This document shows, in pieces, positions 32,457 through 42,311 of a stretch of 64,000 nucleotides of DNA. Numbering within the stretch: the stretch's first letter is position 1; each line of letters begins with the position of its first letter. The stretch lies in contig NW_026515638.1 in assembly GCF_000738915.1 (NCBI RefSeq), positions 270,882-334,881 of the forward strand. The letters are read 5' to 3'. The notes under the pieces were generated by a model. That model worked only from the letters and a program-made list of their open reading frames with translations, searched no databases and was not told the origin of the DNA. Position numbers and translations under genes: made by a program. This DNA is from Nematocida ausubeli. Taxonomy: Eukaryota.

Positions 32457-34001
32457 CTACTCCTGCTTTACAATCCCATCAACCCGCAGAATAATGATTG
32501 CGCCTTCAATTGCCGACTTTAAGCTTTGCTCTTTCACAAGGATGGATTCGTAGATCTCTGATGGTATGATTTCTCCAGTATTTCCATCAACTCCATAGTT
32601 GTGTTTTTTCTTGCTGTGAAGTGCCTTTAGCTCAAGGAGTTTCACAAGTGGCTTTGTATTTCCACTGTTTGCAATCAGACAGGCAGGAATTGCACGCAAT
32701 GCCTCTACAGCTGCCATGTAAACCTTCTTTTCCTTCTCTGTCAAGCCCTGTGTTATCTCTAACTCATGTGCAAGCGTCATTTCAATTGAGCCTGCCCCAA
32801 GTACAACAGACTTGGAAAGGTACGCGTTTCTGGCTACAGCCAGCGCGTCTTGCAGATTCCTTTCTAGCTCATTAATGATGTCTCTGGATGGGCCCCTAAG
32901 AAGAACTGTGCAGGCCTTGGGAGACTTACACTTAATGAACTTGCAATACTCGTCTTCTCCAACCCTTTCTACCTCGAAAAGGCCTGCCACTCCAAGCACC
33001 TGTACAGATGCATCTTCAGCCCTTGATATTATCTGGGCTCCTGTCGCAAGAGAAATTCTTTGGTTTTCAGACTTCTTTATTCTCCGAATTCCTGAAATGC
33101 CGTGCTTCTTAAAGAGAGCAATTGCATGGTCAGAGACTCCCTTCTCGGATGCAATGACATCTGGCTTACAGCTGGCCAAGAGCTCAACCATTTTTTCAAT
33201 CTGTTCTTCCTCCACCTCAAGAGCTCTTCCAAACACCTCGCTCTCATGCATTTCAATGTTCATCTGGTTTTCGCCCTTCCTGTACTCAAGCGGGAAGTCA
33301 ATCAGAAGAACCTTTGCGTTTTCTATCTTTCTGCGCATTGTATAGTCCAGAAGGCTCTTTTGCACTATAACCCCATCAAACACCATACTGTCAGAAAGTT
33401 TTCCTCCAGGCACTTTCTCAATTCGTATATTCTTAATGTTAACTTCGTTGTTCTTATCCCGGATCATGTTTACACTCTGCAAGGCAATTCCTTCTAGGTC
33501 CAAATCTGCAATGTACTTTGCTATTTTAGTTCCCAAGCCACAGCTTACAATCTTCTTGACCATCTCTTCTTTGTTTCTAATTTCAATTGCATGCTTGCGC
33601 ATTTTAGACAGAAGAAGGTCAAGTATCTTTTTAAGCGTATTGCACAGGAAGACAGGGTGGTAGTTCTCTTTAAGAAGGCTCTCCATGTTCTTAAGTATCT
33701 CAGCAGACAGAACCACAACAGAGGTAGTTCCATCACCCACCTCTTCATTCTGGGTCCTGGACAGCTCAATTAGCGACTTTATCACTGGGTGCGATATTTC
33801 TATTTCTCGGAGAATGCTGTTTCCGTCATTTGTCAACTCAATGGTTCCTATCCTGGTGAGAACCATTTTGATCATGGCCCTGGGACCAATGCAACTCCTT
33901 ATTAGATTGGAAAGGAAGATGGACGCCTTAATATTCTCCTGCTGCACTGAGTGCATCTCGTCTTTTTTTAATACTGTAACAGTTCCTACCTTTCTGTTCA
34001 T
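32457..34001 (-). CDS. CCT3: T-complex protein 1 gamma (CCT/TRiC chaperonin)
   Basis: GPRAMIKM, TNDGNSILREI, EEVGDGTTSVV, RIEKVPGG and the CCT3-type LEYRKGENQ. Start placed at MNRKV (34001). Confidence 0.93.
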   Translation of the reverse strand: MNRKVGTVTVLKKDEMHSVQQENIKASIFLSNLIRSCIGPRAMIKMVLTRIGTIELTNDGNSILREIEISHPVIKSLIELSRTQNEEVGDGTTSVVVLSAEILKNMESLLKENYHPVFLCNTLKKILDLLLSKMRKHAIEIRNKEEMVKKIVSCGLGTKIAKYIADLDLEGIALQSVNMIRDKNNEVNIKNIRIEKVPGGKLSDSMVFDGVIVQKSLLDYTMRRKIENAKVLLIDFPLEYRKGENQMNIEMHESEVFGRALEVEEEQIEKMVELLASCKPDVIASEKGVSDHAIALFKKHGISGIRRIKKSENQRISLATGAQIISRAEDASVQVLGVAGLFEVERVGEDEYCKFIKCKSPKACTVLLRGPSRDIINELERNLQDALAVARNAYLSKSVVLGAGSIEMTLAHELEITQGLTEKEKKVYMAAVEALRAIPACLIANSGNTKPLVKLLELKALHSKKKHNYGVDGNTGEIIPSEIYESILVKEQSLKSAIEGAIIILRVDGIVKQE

Positions 34002-34032
34002 ATTCTTAAAAGTTTTACAGCTAATAAAAAGA

Positions 34033-34434
34033 ATGGATGGCATATTAAAGGAAAGACTGTCGGTCATTGACAGACTAATACAAAAAATAAGAGACGAAAA
34101 GGAAGTGAGGGTGACAGATATTCTAAAGGAAGAGATAGATAGGCTAAAAAGACTGAATGCTGAGTACGAAGAGGTTCTGTCTAAGAAAAAGGTTAAAAGC
34201 AAAGAAGAAATAAAAGGAAATAAGATAAAGTACACACTATCAGACGGCTCTATATACGTAATTAACAAGACAAAAAACTACAAGTATTTATACGACATAA
34301 ACACATCAATAATCACATACGAGTTTGGAAATGGGCAGATTGAAAGGACATTTCCGTTTGGGATTAAGGAGATACGCATGCCGGATGGAAAGATTGTAAT
34401 AAAGTCATCGGAGAAGGAGTATGATCTGCTGTAG
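34033..34434 (+). CDS. Small coiled-coil protein with a TCP10/SAS-4(CPAP)-like C-terminal beta-repeat domain, 133 aa
   Basis: N-terminal coiled coil. ITYEFGNGQIERTFPFGIKEIRMPDGK resembles the Tcp10_C motif F..GQIEK.YPDG.KEI.FPD. Confidence 0.7.
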   Translation: MDGILKERLSVIDRLIQKIRDEKEVRVTDILKEEIDRLKRLNAEYEEVLSKKKVKSKEEIKGNKIKYTLSDGSIYVINKTKNYKYLYDINTSIITYEFGNGQIERTFPFGIKEIRMPDGKIVIKSSEKEYDLL

Positions 34435-35082
34435 CACGACCTATTTACGGTGTAGATGGAAACCAAGGCGTATTTAGGTTGGTAAAAGTGTGTTTGTGTA
34501 TTAGCCAAGACATTCTGTAGAACTTTGGTACAAAGAGAAGCAGCCACATAGTAACACAGTAGATAATTTAATAATAAAGGAGTTGTTTTATAAAGTTGTA
34601 CAAGTATAATCCTGTGGAATCCAGTAATTAGCAAGTAAATAAAGTACATGAAAAAGACCCCATTCAAAGCAGAAGATAGCACTATAGAATAGCACACTAC
34701 ACAATTAAAAGTCTTTTTTCCGGTTATATAGATGCATAATATGCTGGCACAAAGTGCTTCTAAAACTATTTCATCTCAGCATATGATTTCCCTCTAATAT
34801 TCTGTTATGGGGCTGCGCTGAAGTGCTCTAATTGATTCTGGGTATTCGGGTTCATCTTGGGGCATATTCAGCTGGGAGAATGCAGTCTTTGTCTTTCAGA
34901 CCATAAATGTGCTAAACTTAGACTAAGACGACAATTAATGAATGTGGTAAATTTAAATAGAAATGAATTAGTAAAAGTGTTTCTTGTATTTGCAAAGTAA
35001 AGATGCATTGCGCTTAGGCTGACCATGCAAGCACACAAGACAAAGATACACCTTGAATCAAACTCGCAGAATAGCAAAGAAA

Positions 35083-35739
35083 TCACCGCCTGACCATTAT
35101 GTAGTAGAAAATTGCGACAAGCCAGTCTTGCGCGAAAGAAGGAAGCATAGTGTATAAATATGCATATTTAAAAATACCAGGAAGATATAAATGTGTATCA
35201 TTGCTTATAATTGACTTGTAAATATCTTTGCATATGACATCTCTCTTTAAAGCAAAAGGAGACCAAACTTCTTTAAACATTTCTGTGTCTATTTTATACG
35301 GATACACTGATAGAACATTCACGTTCTCTCGTCTTAAAGACTCTAAAAAGTTGTGCATAAATCCCTTGCTTGCGCAGTACAGAGATGCATGAGGAAAGGG
35401 TGCTATGCTCAGAACACTATTAATATACACTAGTCTAGAGTACTTGCAGTGCATAATTAGCTGAATGTGCGAGAGAAGGTTAATATGGAGATATTCATCA
35501 ACACTCTCTTTTTTTTCGCGTAAAAACTCTGTAAACCCATTGAACGTTGCATGGTTTATGACTAAAACATCGCAGACAATCGGCACATGCAGCTTTCTCA
35601 CAAAGTCATGGTAGATATACCTGCACTTAACAGAAGGCCTTACTTTATCAATGATTGTAAGCTCATGGTTCATTAGCAAGACATACTTGGAAAGAGCCTC
35701 GCCAAGACCCTTTGAACCGCCTGTTATGCAGAAATGCAT
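35083..35739 (-). CDS. Short-chain dehydrogenase/reductase
   Basis: CITGGSKGLG Rossmann motif, VINHA, catalytic YCASK. CCC-ATG at 35739. Confidence 0.88.
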   Translation of the reverse strand: MHFCITGGSKGLGEALSKYVLLMNHELTIIDKVRPSVKCRYIYHDFVRKLHVPIVCDVLVINHATFNGFTEFLREKKESVDEYLHINLLSHIQLIMHCKYSRLVYINSVLSIAPFPHASLYCASKGFMHNFLESLRRENVNVLSVYPYKIDTEMFKEVWSPFALKRDVICKDIYKSIISNDTHLYLPGIFKYAYLYTMLPSFAQDWLVAIFYYIMVRR

Positions 35740-35774
35740 GGGCGCGAAAAATAACCGGTTTTTATTATTGGTGT

Positions 35775-35846
35775 GCTTTCGTGGTGTAGTGGTATCACGC
35801 ATCCTTCACACGGATGAGGCCTCCGGTTCGATCCCGGACGAAAGCA
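35775..35846 (+). tRNA. tRNA-Val (CAC)
   Basis: GCTTTCG/CGAAAGC acceptor stem, anticodon arm CATCC-TTCACAC-GGATG, T arm TCCGGTTCGATCCCGGA, downstream T tracts. Confidence 0.96.
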
Positions 35847-36366
35847 TTTTCTTTTGTCCATCACCCTTCTTCTGGCCTGTTCATCTATTTTTATTCTTTC
35901 TTAAATCGTTCATGAATTTATTTTCCTTCAATTTGGACTATATTAATATTAATACACATTGCATTCTATGCTCTTGACTTTACCCGCAGAATAAAATAAA
36001 TTTCTGCGAAAACAGTGCTACAAATGGAAATGTAGTATAAAAGTACATACTAATATACCAGTGTATATGTGCATACTTTACCTAGCACCCTTGTAAACTA
36101 AAAGTAAAGAGATTCTATCTTTTATTTTCCAAGAATTAGTGAATGCCTTTAGATAGAAAAAATGCAATTATACACTGGAGCCACAGTATAACTAGCAATG
36201 CATATAAACACTGCAGAAGTTATGCAAATATGCATGTGTATTTGAAGAAATCTATCTTGTCCAATATATGCAGTCCTTATGGTTTGTGTTCTAAGCATAG
36301 TGCAGCAACCTATAATTTATCTTTTATTAATAAAGGCTTTATCAACACAAAAAGTTTCTTTTGCAA

Positions 36367-38088
36367 ATGACATATAATGAAGATGGAAGAGAGATATTTT
36401 TGAAGAAAAATAATGAACTAGCGAACTTATGTGCAGAGCAGGAGATTAAAGAAGAAGACCAGATGGTGCAGGATTGTGCACAGATAGAATGTGCAGAAAG
36501 TACTTTAAAAGGCAGGAAATTATACTTTTCAATAGCTAGTTCCATGCTGGGGGCTGGAGTTCTGTTTCTTCACAGTGCCCTAATAGGTGGGGGCTTATTG
36601 GCATTCGTATTGGCTGTTATTCTATCTGTAACAGGAATACTCAGCATAACAGAGTGCATCTTCAGAACGCGAAAAAATAACTTGGCAGCAGAAGAGCCCT
36701 CTTCTGGTATAAAGCAAGTGACATATGCAAGTTTTGCTAATCTTAAGCCAAAATATATACAGGGCATTCTGATCTTCTCACTTATTGTGCAGTCTGCTAA
36801 TTCAATATTGATCTACCAGACACTCATATGGGGGTGGATCTACAGCATTATTGAGTTTCTATTTGGCAGCATATTCCACATGGAAAATATCTATATAAAG
36901 AACATCCAGACAGTATTGTCTGTACCACTTTTATTCATATTATGGATGTATTGCATAAACAAGTCGCCTGGGGACAGTAAGTATATCCAGCTAATAGCAA
37001 CTGTTTCCATTATGTCTTTAACTATTCTTTTGGGTACGCTTCTTGTCATATTCTATAATGTTTTTGAGCTAAAAATGCCAGATGCGTCTGTATGGAGGTC
37101 TCTCGTTATTGGAAAGACGCCTTCAGTATTCAACTTCTGTACGTCTATTGCAACTGCGTTCTTTGGGCTGAACTCGCATTGTAATATTCCTATTTATTTG
37201 GACCGCGTGAAGTTAAAGAACAAAAGAAGCATGTTGTATCCTATGGCTATAACATCTTCCTTGGTCTACTTCACATTCTTCATAGTTGGTGTGGAAGGAT
37301 ACTTTTTAGTGTTTGCAAATAATCTTAATGGTGTAAACAGTGATATACTCTCTGCAATGTCACTTGCTCTTGCAAGCACCTCAAAGATGTCCTTTGCAAC
37401 TGCATATATTCTAACAGAGGTTCTTGTCTCTCTGTTTAAGTTGGCAATTAGCATAATCCTCTTAAATTCGTATATGTGGCAGGCTTTCACATACAGAGCA
37501 CTGATTATGGACTTCTGCCACACAGTAAGATACAAAAACAATGGAGAGAAAAGACTCCCCTTCTTAGAAAAACTGGCAGATGTGATTCCCCAGGCAGCCA
37601 AAGACTTTTTTACTGAAACTGTTCCCAATGCATTTTATAGAGCAGTGCAGCGTCTTCCAAAGAGAATACAAGAAAGACTAGGAGTGTACAAAGATGACAC
37701 AGAAAGTAGCCTGGATGGTAGCGAGAATGAGAGTGACACTGTTCTGAGGTATGTAGTTGGTTCTGTTATATTTGCTCTTACAACAGTTTTGGCTATTATT
37801 GGGCTAGACTTAACTCTTATTATACAGCTATCCGGGGCAGTTATTGCATCTTTCATTTCAATTCTTGTGCCAGCTATTTTGCTGTACCACAACCGGCATA
37901 TCAGCGCAAAGAAAAATAAAAGATGGTTTGATAACATAGTTATCACAGTCTTACTATTTGGCTTTATGCTCCTAGTTTCAACAGGTTTTGCAAAAACGTA
38001 TTACGAGATATCAAATGCATCTGTGATTAACACAACTGCAGGTATAAATGCAACAGAAGCAGCAGAAATATCCTTACATGGCGAGTAG
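36367..38088 (+). CDS. Amino-acid transporter (AAAP/Aa_trans family)
   Basis: SSMLGAGVLFL, FFGLNSHCNIP, about 11 TM segments, C-terminal GAVIASFISILVPA. Confidence 0.85.
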   Translation: MTYNEDGREIFLKKNNELANLCAEQEIKEEDQMVQDCAQIECAESTLKGRKLYFSIASSMLGAGVLFLHSALIGGGLLAFVLAVILSVTGILSITECIFRTRKNNLAAEEPSSGIKQVTYASFANLKPKYIQGILIFSLIVQSANSILIYQTLIWGWIYSIIEFLFGSIFHMENIYIKNIQTVLSVPLLFILWMYCINKSPGDSKYIQLIATVSIMSLTILLGTLLVIFYNVFELKMPDASVWRSLVIGKTPSVFNFCTSIATAFFGLNSHCNIPIYLDRVKLKNKRSMLYPMAITSSLVYFTFFIVGVEGYFLVFANNLNGVNSDILSAMSLALASTSKMSFATAYILTEVLVSLFKLAISIILLNSYMWQAFTYRALIMDFCHTVRYKNNGEKRLPFLEKLADVIPQAAKDFFTETVPNAFYRAVQRLPKRIQERLGVYKDDTESSLDGSENESDTVLRYVVGSVIFALTTVLAIIGLDLTLIIQLSGAVIASFISILVPAILLYHNRHISAKKNKRWFDNIVITVLLFGFMLLVSTGFAKTYYEISNASVINTTAGINATEAAEISLHGE

Positions 38089-39382
38089 CTTATCCATTTG
38101 GTTATATCCCATGAGGCCACAGGATATGATATTTCTAGTGCTAGGAATAAATATTCATTAAGAATAAGTGCAATTTTTGGTGCATGTGCTTGGAAAGCTA
38201 AGGAGAGCTGATACTAGCATAAATATACAGAAATAGATATACATAAGTATATGCATCCTGAAATTATGCAAATAGAAGATGCTCCTTTAATAAACTACAA
38301 TGAGAACCTGCACTTCAACTTTCTTGAAGACCAAATCCCATGCAGAACTTGTTACAATACACTGACAGCTCTTACTAATTTATGTGCCCAGGCACGGGCA
38401 GTGTTTTAGCTAGAGAAGAGCAGTGTAAAGTAGAGGGAGTTGTTGTCAAAGGAGTTTTATTCATATATTTAGATATCTGGGTGTACTGCAATTTCTTGCT
38501 TTTTTACTTGAGTTTTTCTTGGTAATTAGCATATATCACTTATTTTAATATTCGCATGGGGTTATATACCGTTTCTTTTATTCATATATTTTCTAGAATT
38601 ATTTTCTTTTATATTAGTAATTTTATAGCCCTGTGATTGAGAAGTGGGAATTTTACCATAATTTTATATAATCCAAATTATCTAATAGATTATTTATGCT
38701 ATATTAAGAGATAAAGTGGATTGAAATTGGTGTATAGTCAGGTATACCATCAGAATTGTCTACAGTATGCATAAACTTAGTATATATTGTGATATAAAGG
38801 AGAAACCCCGTGTAAAGTGCCTGCTAGTTTGAATTTGCAGACTGAATTTGGTTTACTGCAGCCTAAAGCTGGTTTTATTATTCTTGGTAGTTATCTTGTA
38901 ATGTGCTGCTATATTTTGTGTGCAGGATTAAAATGTCTTTGAAGAAGCTCTAATTGCAGCTGTATCTCTAGAGAAGAGCAGTAGCCATACTACCATATTA
39001 GAAAGCTATTTGAATGCATAAACAGTTATATTCTGTGCGGTCTCCAGATTTTATGTTAATTTATGAGCAATTTTTAACTGTAACCTTAACTGCTTGATTT
39101 AAAAATATTTTAGTATAAAAACCAGTAGAAAATTGCTGCCTGTTAAAGAAACAGAATGATAGTTTAAACAAAGATTTTTAAAACAAGATATCTCTTAAGA
39201 ATTTATTTATTTCTCTGAAAGGCATGCAGTGAACGCAAGCATATGGGGCTATTAGTCTATTATAAGAAGAGCTTCTAAATACTTCCAGAAGAGAATAGGC
39301 TGGGATGCTTTTTTAGTGGTATTTTTATGATATCATAATTATGATTACATAATGAAAAAAATTTGGTATTTTATAGGAGAAA

Positions 39383-41833
39383 ATGCAAACGCAAGTGAAA
39401 GATGAGCTAGAGGAGAGTAAGAATGGAATGAGCTGCATTTGTGGCACAGAGACAGAGAAAAACATAGTATCAAGCGATCTTCTGCATATAGGCAACAACA
39501 TACTATTTCAGGCGCTACCTGAGAACAATTTAAATGAAGGTAAAAATCAATTGGAAGGCGAGTTTATAGACACAAGAGAGAAAGCAAAAAAAAGCAGCCC
39601 AGTTGATTTAAAGGAGCAAAGTGCAAAGAACATTAAAGAGACAGAAGAAAAACCTGATGAAATTCTCATACAAATGACTAATTATGACTGCGTAACAAAG
39701 GATGATATATACCTACTCAGAAGAGTCTCCCTATCTCTTCCAAAGGGAAAGCTAGTTGCGCTGATTGGAATGAGTGGAGAAGGAAAGACAACTTTAATGA
39801 ACAGCCTAGCTGGAATATGTGCCCCTTCTCATACTACGTACGGGAAAATACTTGTCAGAACAGCAGAGAGTGGCCTGCAGGAGAGAATAGTCAGGGAGTG
39901 GCTTCCAAGTGTAAGCTATACACAGCAGCATGGAATAGAATATAGAAATATTCCCATGTATAGTCTACTGTGCTCAGTTGCCAAATGCTACAAGAAAAGC
40001 ACAGAAGAAGTCGATAGGATTGTATCAATACTAAGACTTGCAAAGTCCATTCGGGTGCCATTTAAGAATTTGTCAGGAGGTGAGCAAAAAAGAGTAATGG
40101 TAGCCTGCGGTCTGCTGGCAAAAAATAAGTTCAACATATGGGACGAGCCTCTGTCAGGGCTAGACTCAGAAATGGCCAGAATAACCATATCAATGATAAA
40201 GGACACCAAGGCAACCAATCTAGTGTCTGCGCACCAGATCTCTGAGGACCTAATTAAGAGATTTGACCACGTCATTCTTATGCACCGGTCAACTGTTGTG
40301 TATGCCGGGCCTGCCTCCTGTATGAAGGAGCACTTTCTCAGCATGGGAATTGAGTTTCCATCCGATACCTTCTACGTGAACTATATTATGCAACTTTGCG
40401 CAGAGAACAGATCAAATGCGCTTGATGGAAGGAATATAGAAGTATTCAACCGCGCAACACAAGAAATTATCAAGGTACGTAAGGGGGCCTTGAGAGAGCA
40501 CAATGTATGGTGGAACCCAGATGAAATGAAGGTCTCTTATGTGCGGGTGCTTGAAATATTCAGAAGGCTCTTCTACTTTGACAGGGCATTCAAGGGAGCC
40601 AGTCTTATAGTGGATATTCTAATGGCAACTGTAGGGGGTTCCATTGGGGTTTTTATTATATATTTGATACTGTACAGCATTTCGCCTGGAGATGAAATCA
40701 ATAAGTATGCAAATGTCCCATCGTTTGATACCGTCTATAAGCTGCTGCGCATAAAGGCTCAGATAATGGAAAGAACTCCAGAAGATGAAGATCTTATACA
40801 GAGTGTGTGTGATGTTCTAAAGGTAGTAAGCAATGCTTGCTGGGTGCACACTATTCAGGTCGTATATACGCCTGTGGCTACCTTGCTGTATATTTTGTCT
40901 ATATCCTTACCTAGTCCAATGATAGGAGTAGAATTCTATAACGTGTGCAAGGCTAACATAAAAAATAAGCAGCTAACAGTTGGCGACTTTTTAGTAGCAC
41001 AGGCTCTGGATGTGTTCGTGCGCAAGTCTCTGCTTATTTTTATCTTCAAAACCGCGCTGTACATCTTTTTATACAGAAGCCTTGATGTGGAGATAAAGAG
41101 CGAAATTACAGTTAACCACACAATATCCATTGGTTTACTCTTCCTCAGCTCTCTTTTAACTGGAGCAGTCTCTCTTATGTTTAACCTTGCACCAATTCCG
41201 CAGAAACTGTACGGCTTGGGGGTATTTGTATACTCGCTATTCACCCTGATTATTCCATCTCAGGTATATGTATATATACGCCCAATGGCCCACCCAGTTA
41301 GCTTTATACAGGAGATAGACATATTCCGATCTGAGAATTCTCACTTCATCAAGAATTTAATGGGCCGCATTGGCATGTCAGACAAAACACACCCAGTAAT
41401 CTTTCAAATTATGCACTTCATTGTGAAATGTATGAGATTTGTCCTTATAACATCCCCCAGCAACTATTTCACACATCTCATGCAGAAGATAAACTTGTAC
41501 CAGAATAATCTGACAATGAGTCCTGAGCAGATCAGACAGTTCGACAAAACTGACATAAGATTAGCCTATGAAGTACACAATTTGGCAAGGCAGCTCTTCC
41601 TTACACGAAATAAAATCAACCAGGAGAAGCTACTGTTCATTGAAAAAATTGAAACAGCTGTAAACACTGTTAACCTAGCACACGAAATATTCAACCCAGA
41701 CAAGCTCTTAAAGAATATATCTATTGCTTATATTGCAAAAACCATGTGCATGTTCTGGGGCTTCCTAAGTGTCTCCCTGGCCATAACAGTAATCTACTCA
41801 TATATGCATTTGCAGCCAAAAATAAGAAATTAG
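39383..41833 (+). CDS. ABCG-type half transporter (NBD-TMD)
   Basis: Walker A GMSGEGKTT, signature LSGGEQKRV, Walker B WDEPLSGLD, H-loop SAHQ, C-terminal TM helices. Confidence 0.88.
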   Translation: MQTQVKDELEESKNGMSCICGTETEKNIVSSDLLHIGNNILFQALPENNLNEGKNQLEGEFIDTREKAKKSSPVDLKEQSAKNIKETEEKPDEILIQMTNYDCVTKDDIYLLRRVSLSLPKGKLVALIGMSGEGKTTLMNSLAGICAPSHTTYGKILVRTAESGLQERIVREWLPSVSYTQQHGIEYRNIPMYSLLCSVAKCYKKSTEEVDRIVSILRLAKSIRVPFKNLSGGEQKRVMVACGLLAKNKFNIWDEPLSGLDSEMARITISMIKDTKATNLVSAHQISEDLIKRFDHVILMHRSTVVYAGPASCMKEHFLSMGIEFPSDTFYVNYIMQLCAENRSNALDGRNIEVFNRATQEIIKVRKGALREHNVWWNPDEMKVSYVRVLEIFRRLFYFDRAFKGASLIVDILMATVGGSIGVFIIYLILYSISPGDEINKYANVPSFDTVYKLLRIKAQIMERTPEDEDLIQSVCDVLKVVSNACWVHTIQVVYTPVATLLYILSISLPSPMIGVEFYNVCKANIKNKQLTVGDFLVAQALDVFVRKSLLIFIFKTALYIFLYRSLDVEIKSEITVNHTISIGLLFLSSLLTGAVSLMFNLAPIPQKLYGLGVFVYSLFTLIIPSQVYVYIRPMAHPVSFIQEIDIFRSENSHFIKNLMGRIGMSDKTHPVIFQIMHFIVKCMRFVLITSPSNYFTHLMQKINLYQNNLTMSPEQIRQFDKTDIRLAYEVHNLARQLFLTRNKINQEKLLFIEKIETAVNTVNLAHEIFNPDKLLKNISIAYIAKTMCMFWGFLSVSLAITVIYSYMHLQPKIRN

Positions 41834-42311
41834 CAAAATATTTATATTTTAGTTACAGAATGGTTACCTATCCATACATCCGCAATAAACACTTCGTATA
41901 ATTATATTCCAGCAGCAAGAACTTAATTTATAATTTTAAAGAAATTTGGGTTAAATTAAATTAAAACAAATATTGACACTAATTAAAACCACATTATACA
42001 AAGTAATTTGGACAACAATAACAAATAACCACACAGATTCATCTGCCTTCATAGATTACCACTCCCACCCAAACTTATCTATATATTTATTTACACCAGT
42101 AGACTACCCTTACACACGAATCCATAATAACCCTTAATAACACATTTTCACAAAATATTTAAACTTATCACACAGTAACCATAAACAAAATGCATATTAT
42201 TGTTGTCAACATAAAAAATCAAACATCAATCTACAAGACCCCTCTATTGTACAACTATGAAACAGGGCTGTTATTATAAGTAAAACAAAATAATTTTCTT
42301 ATTTTTATAAA

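Noticed and set aside
32457..34434. Apparent long overlap between the 603-aa and 249-aa ORFs
   Set aside because: This is an artefact of upstream non-ATG starts. The real starts at 34001 and 34033 give non-overlapping divergent genes. The same applies to the RPS14/UBP14, LSM6/DIS3 and SDR/tRNA extensions.
38975..39010. gccatactaccatattagaaagc resembling the 5' end of 5S rRNA
   Set aside because: The similarity stops after ~25 nt, with no internal box A/C and no closing helix.
42100..42140. taccctta/taaccctta as a telomeric or telomerase-template sequence
   Set aside because: These are isolated imperfect copies with no tandem array or supporting structure.
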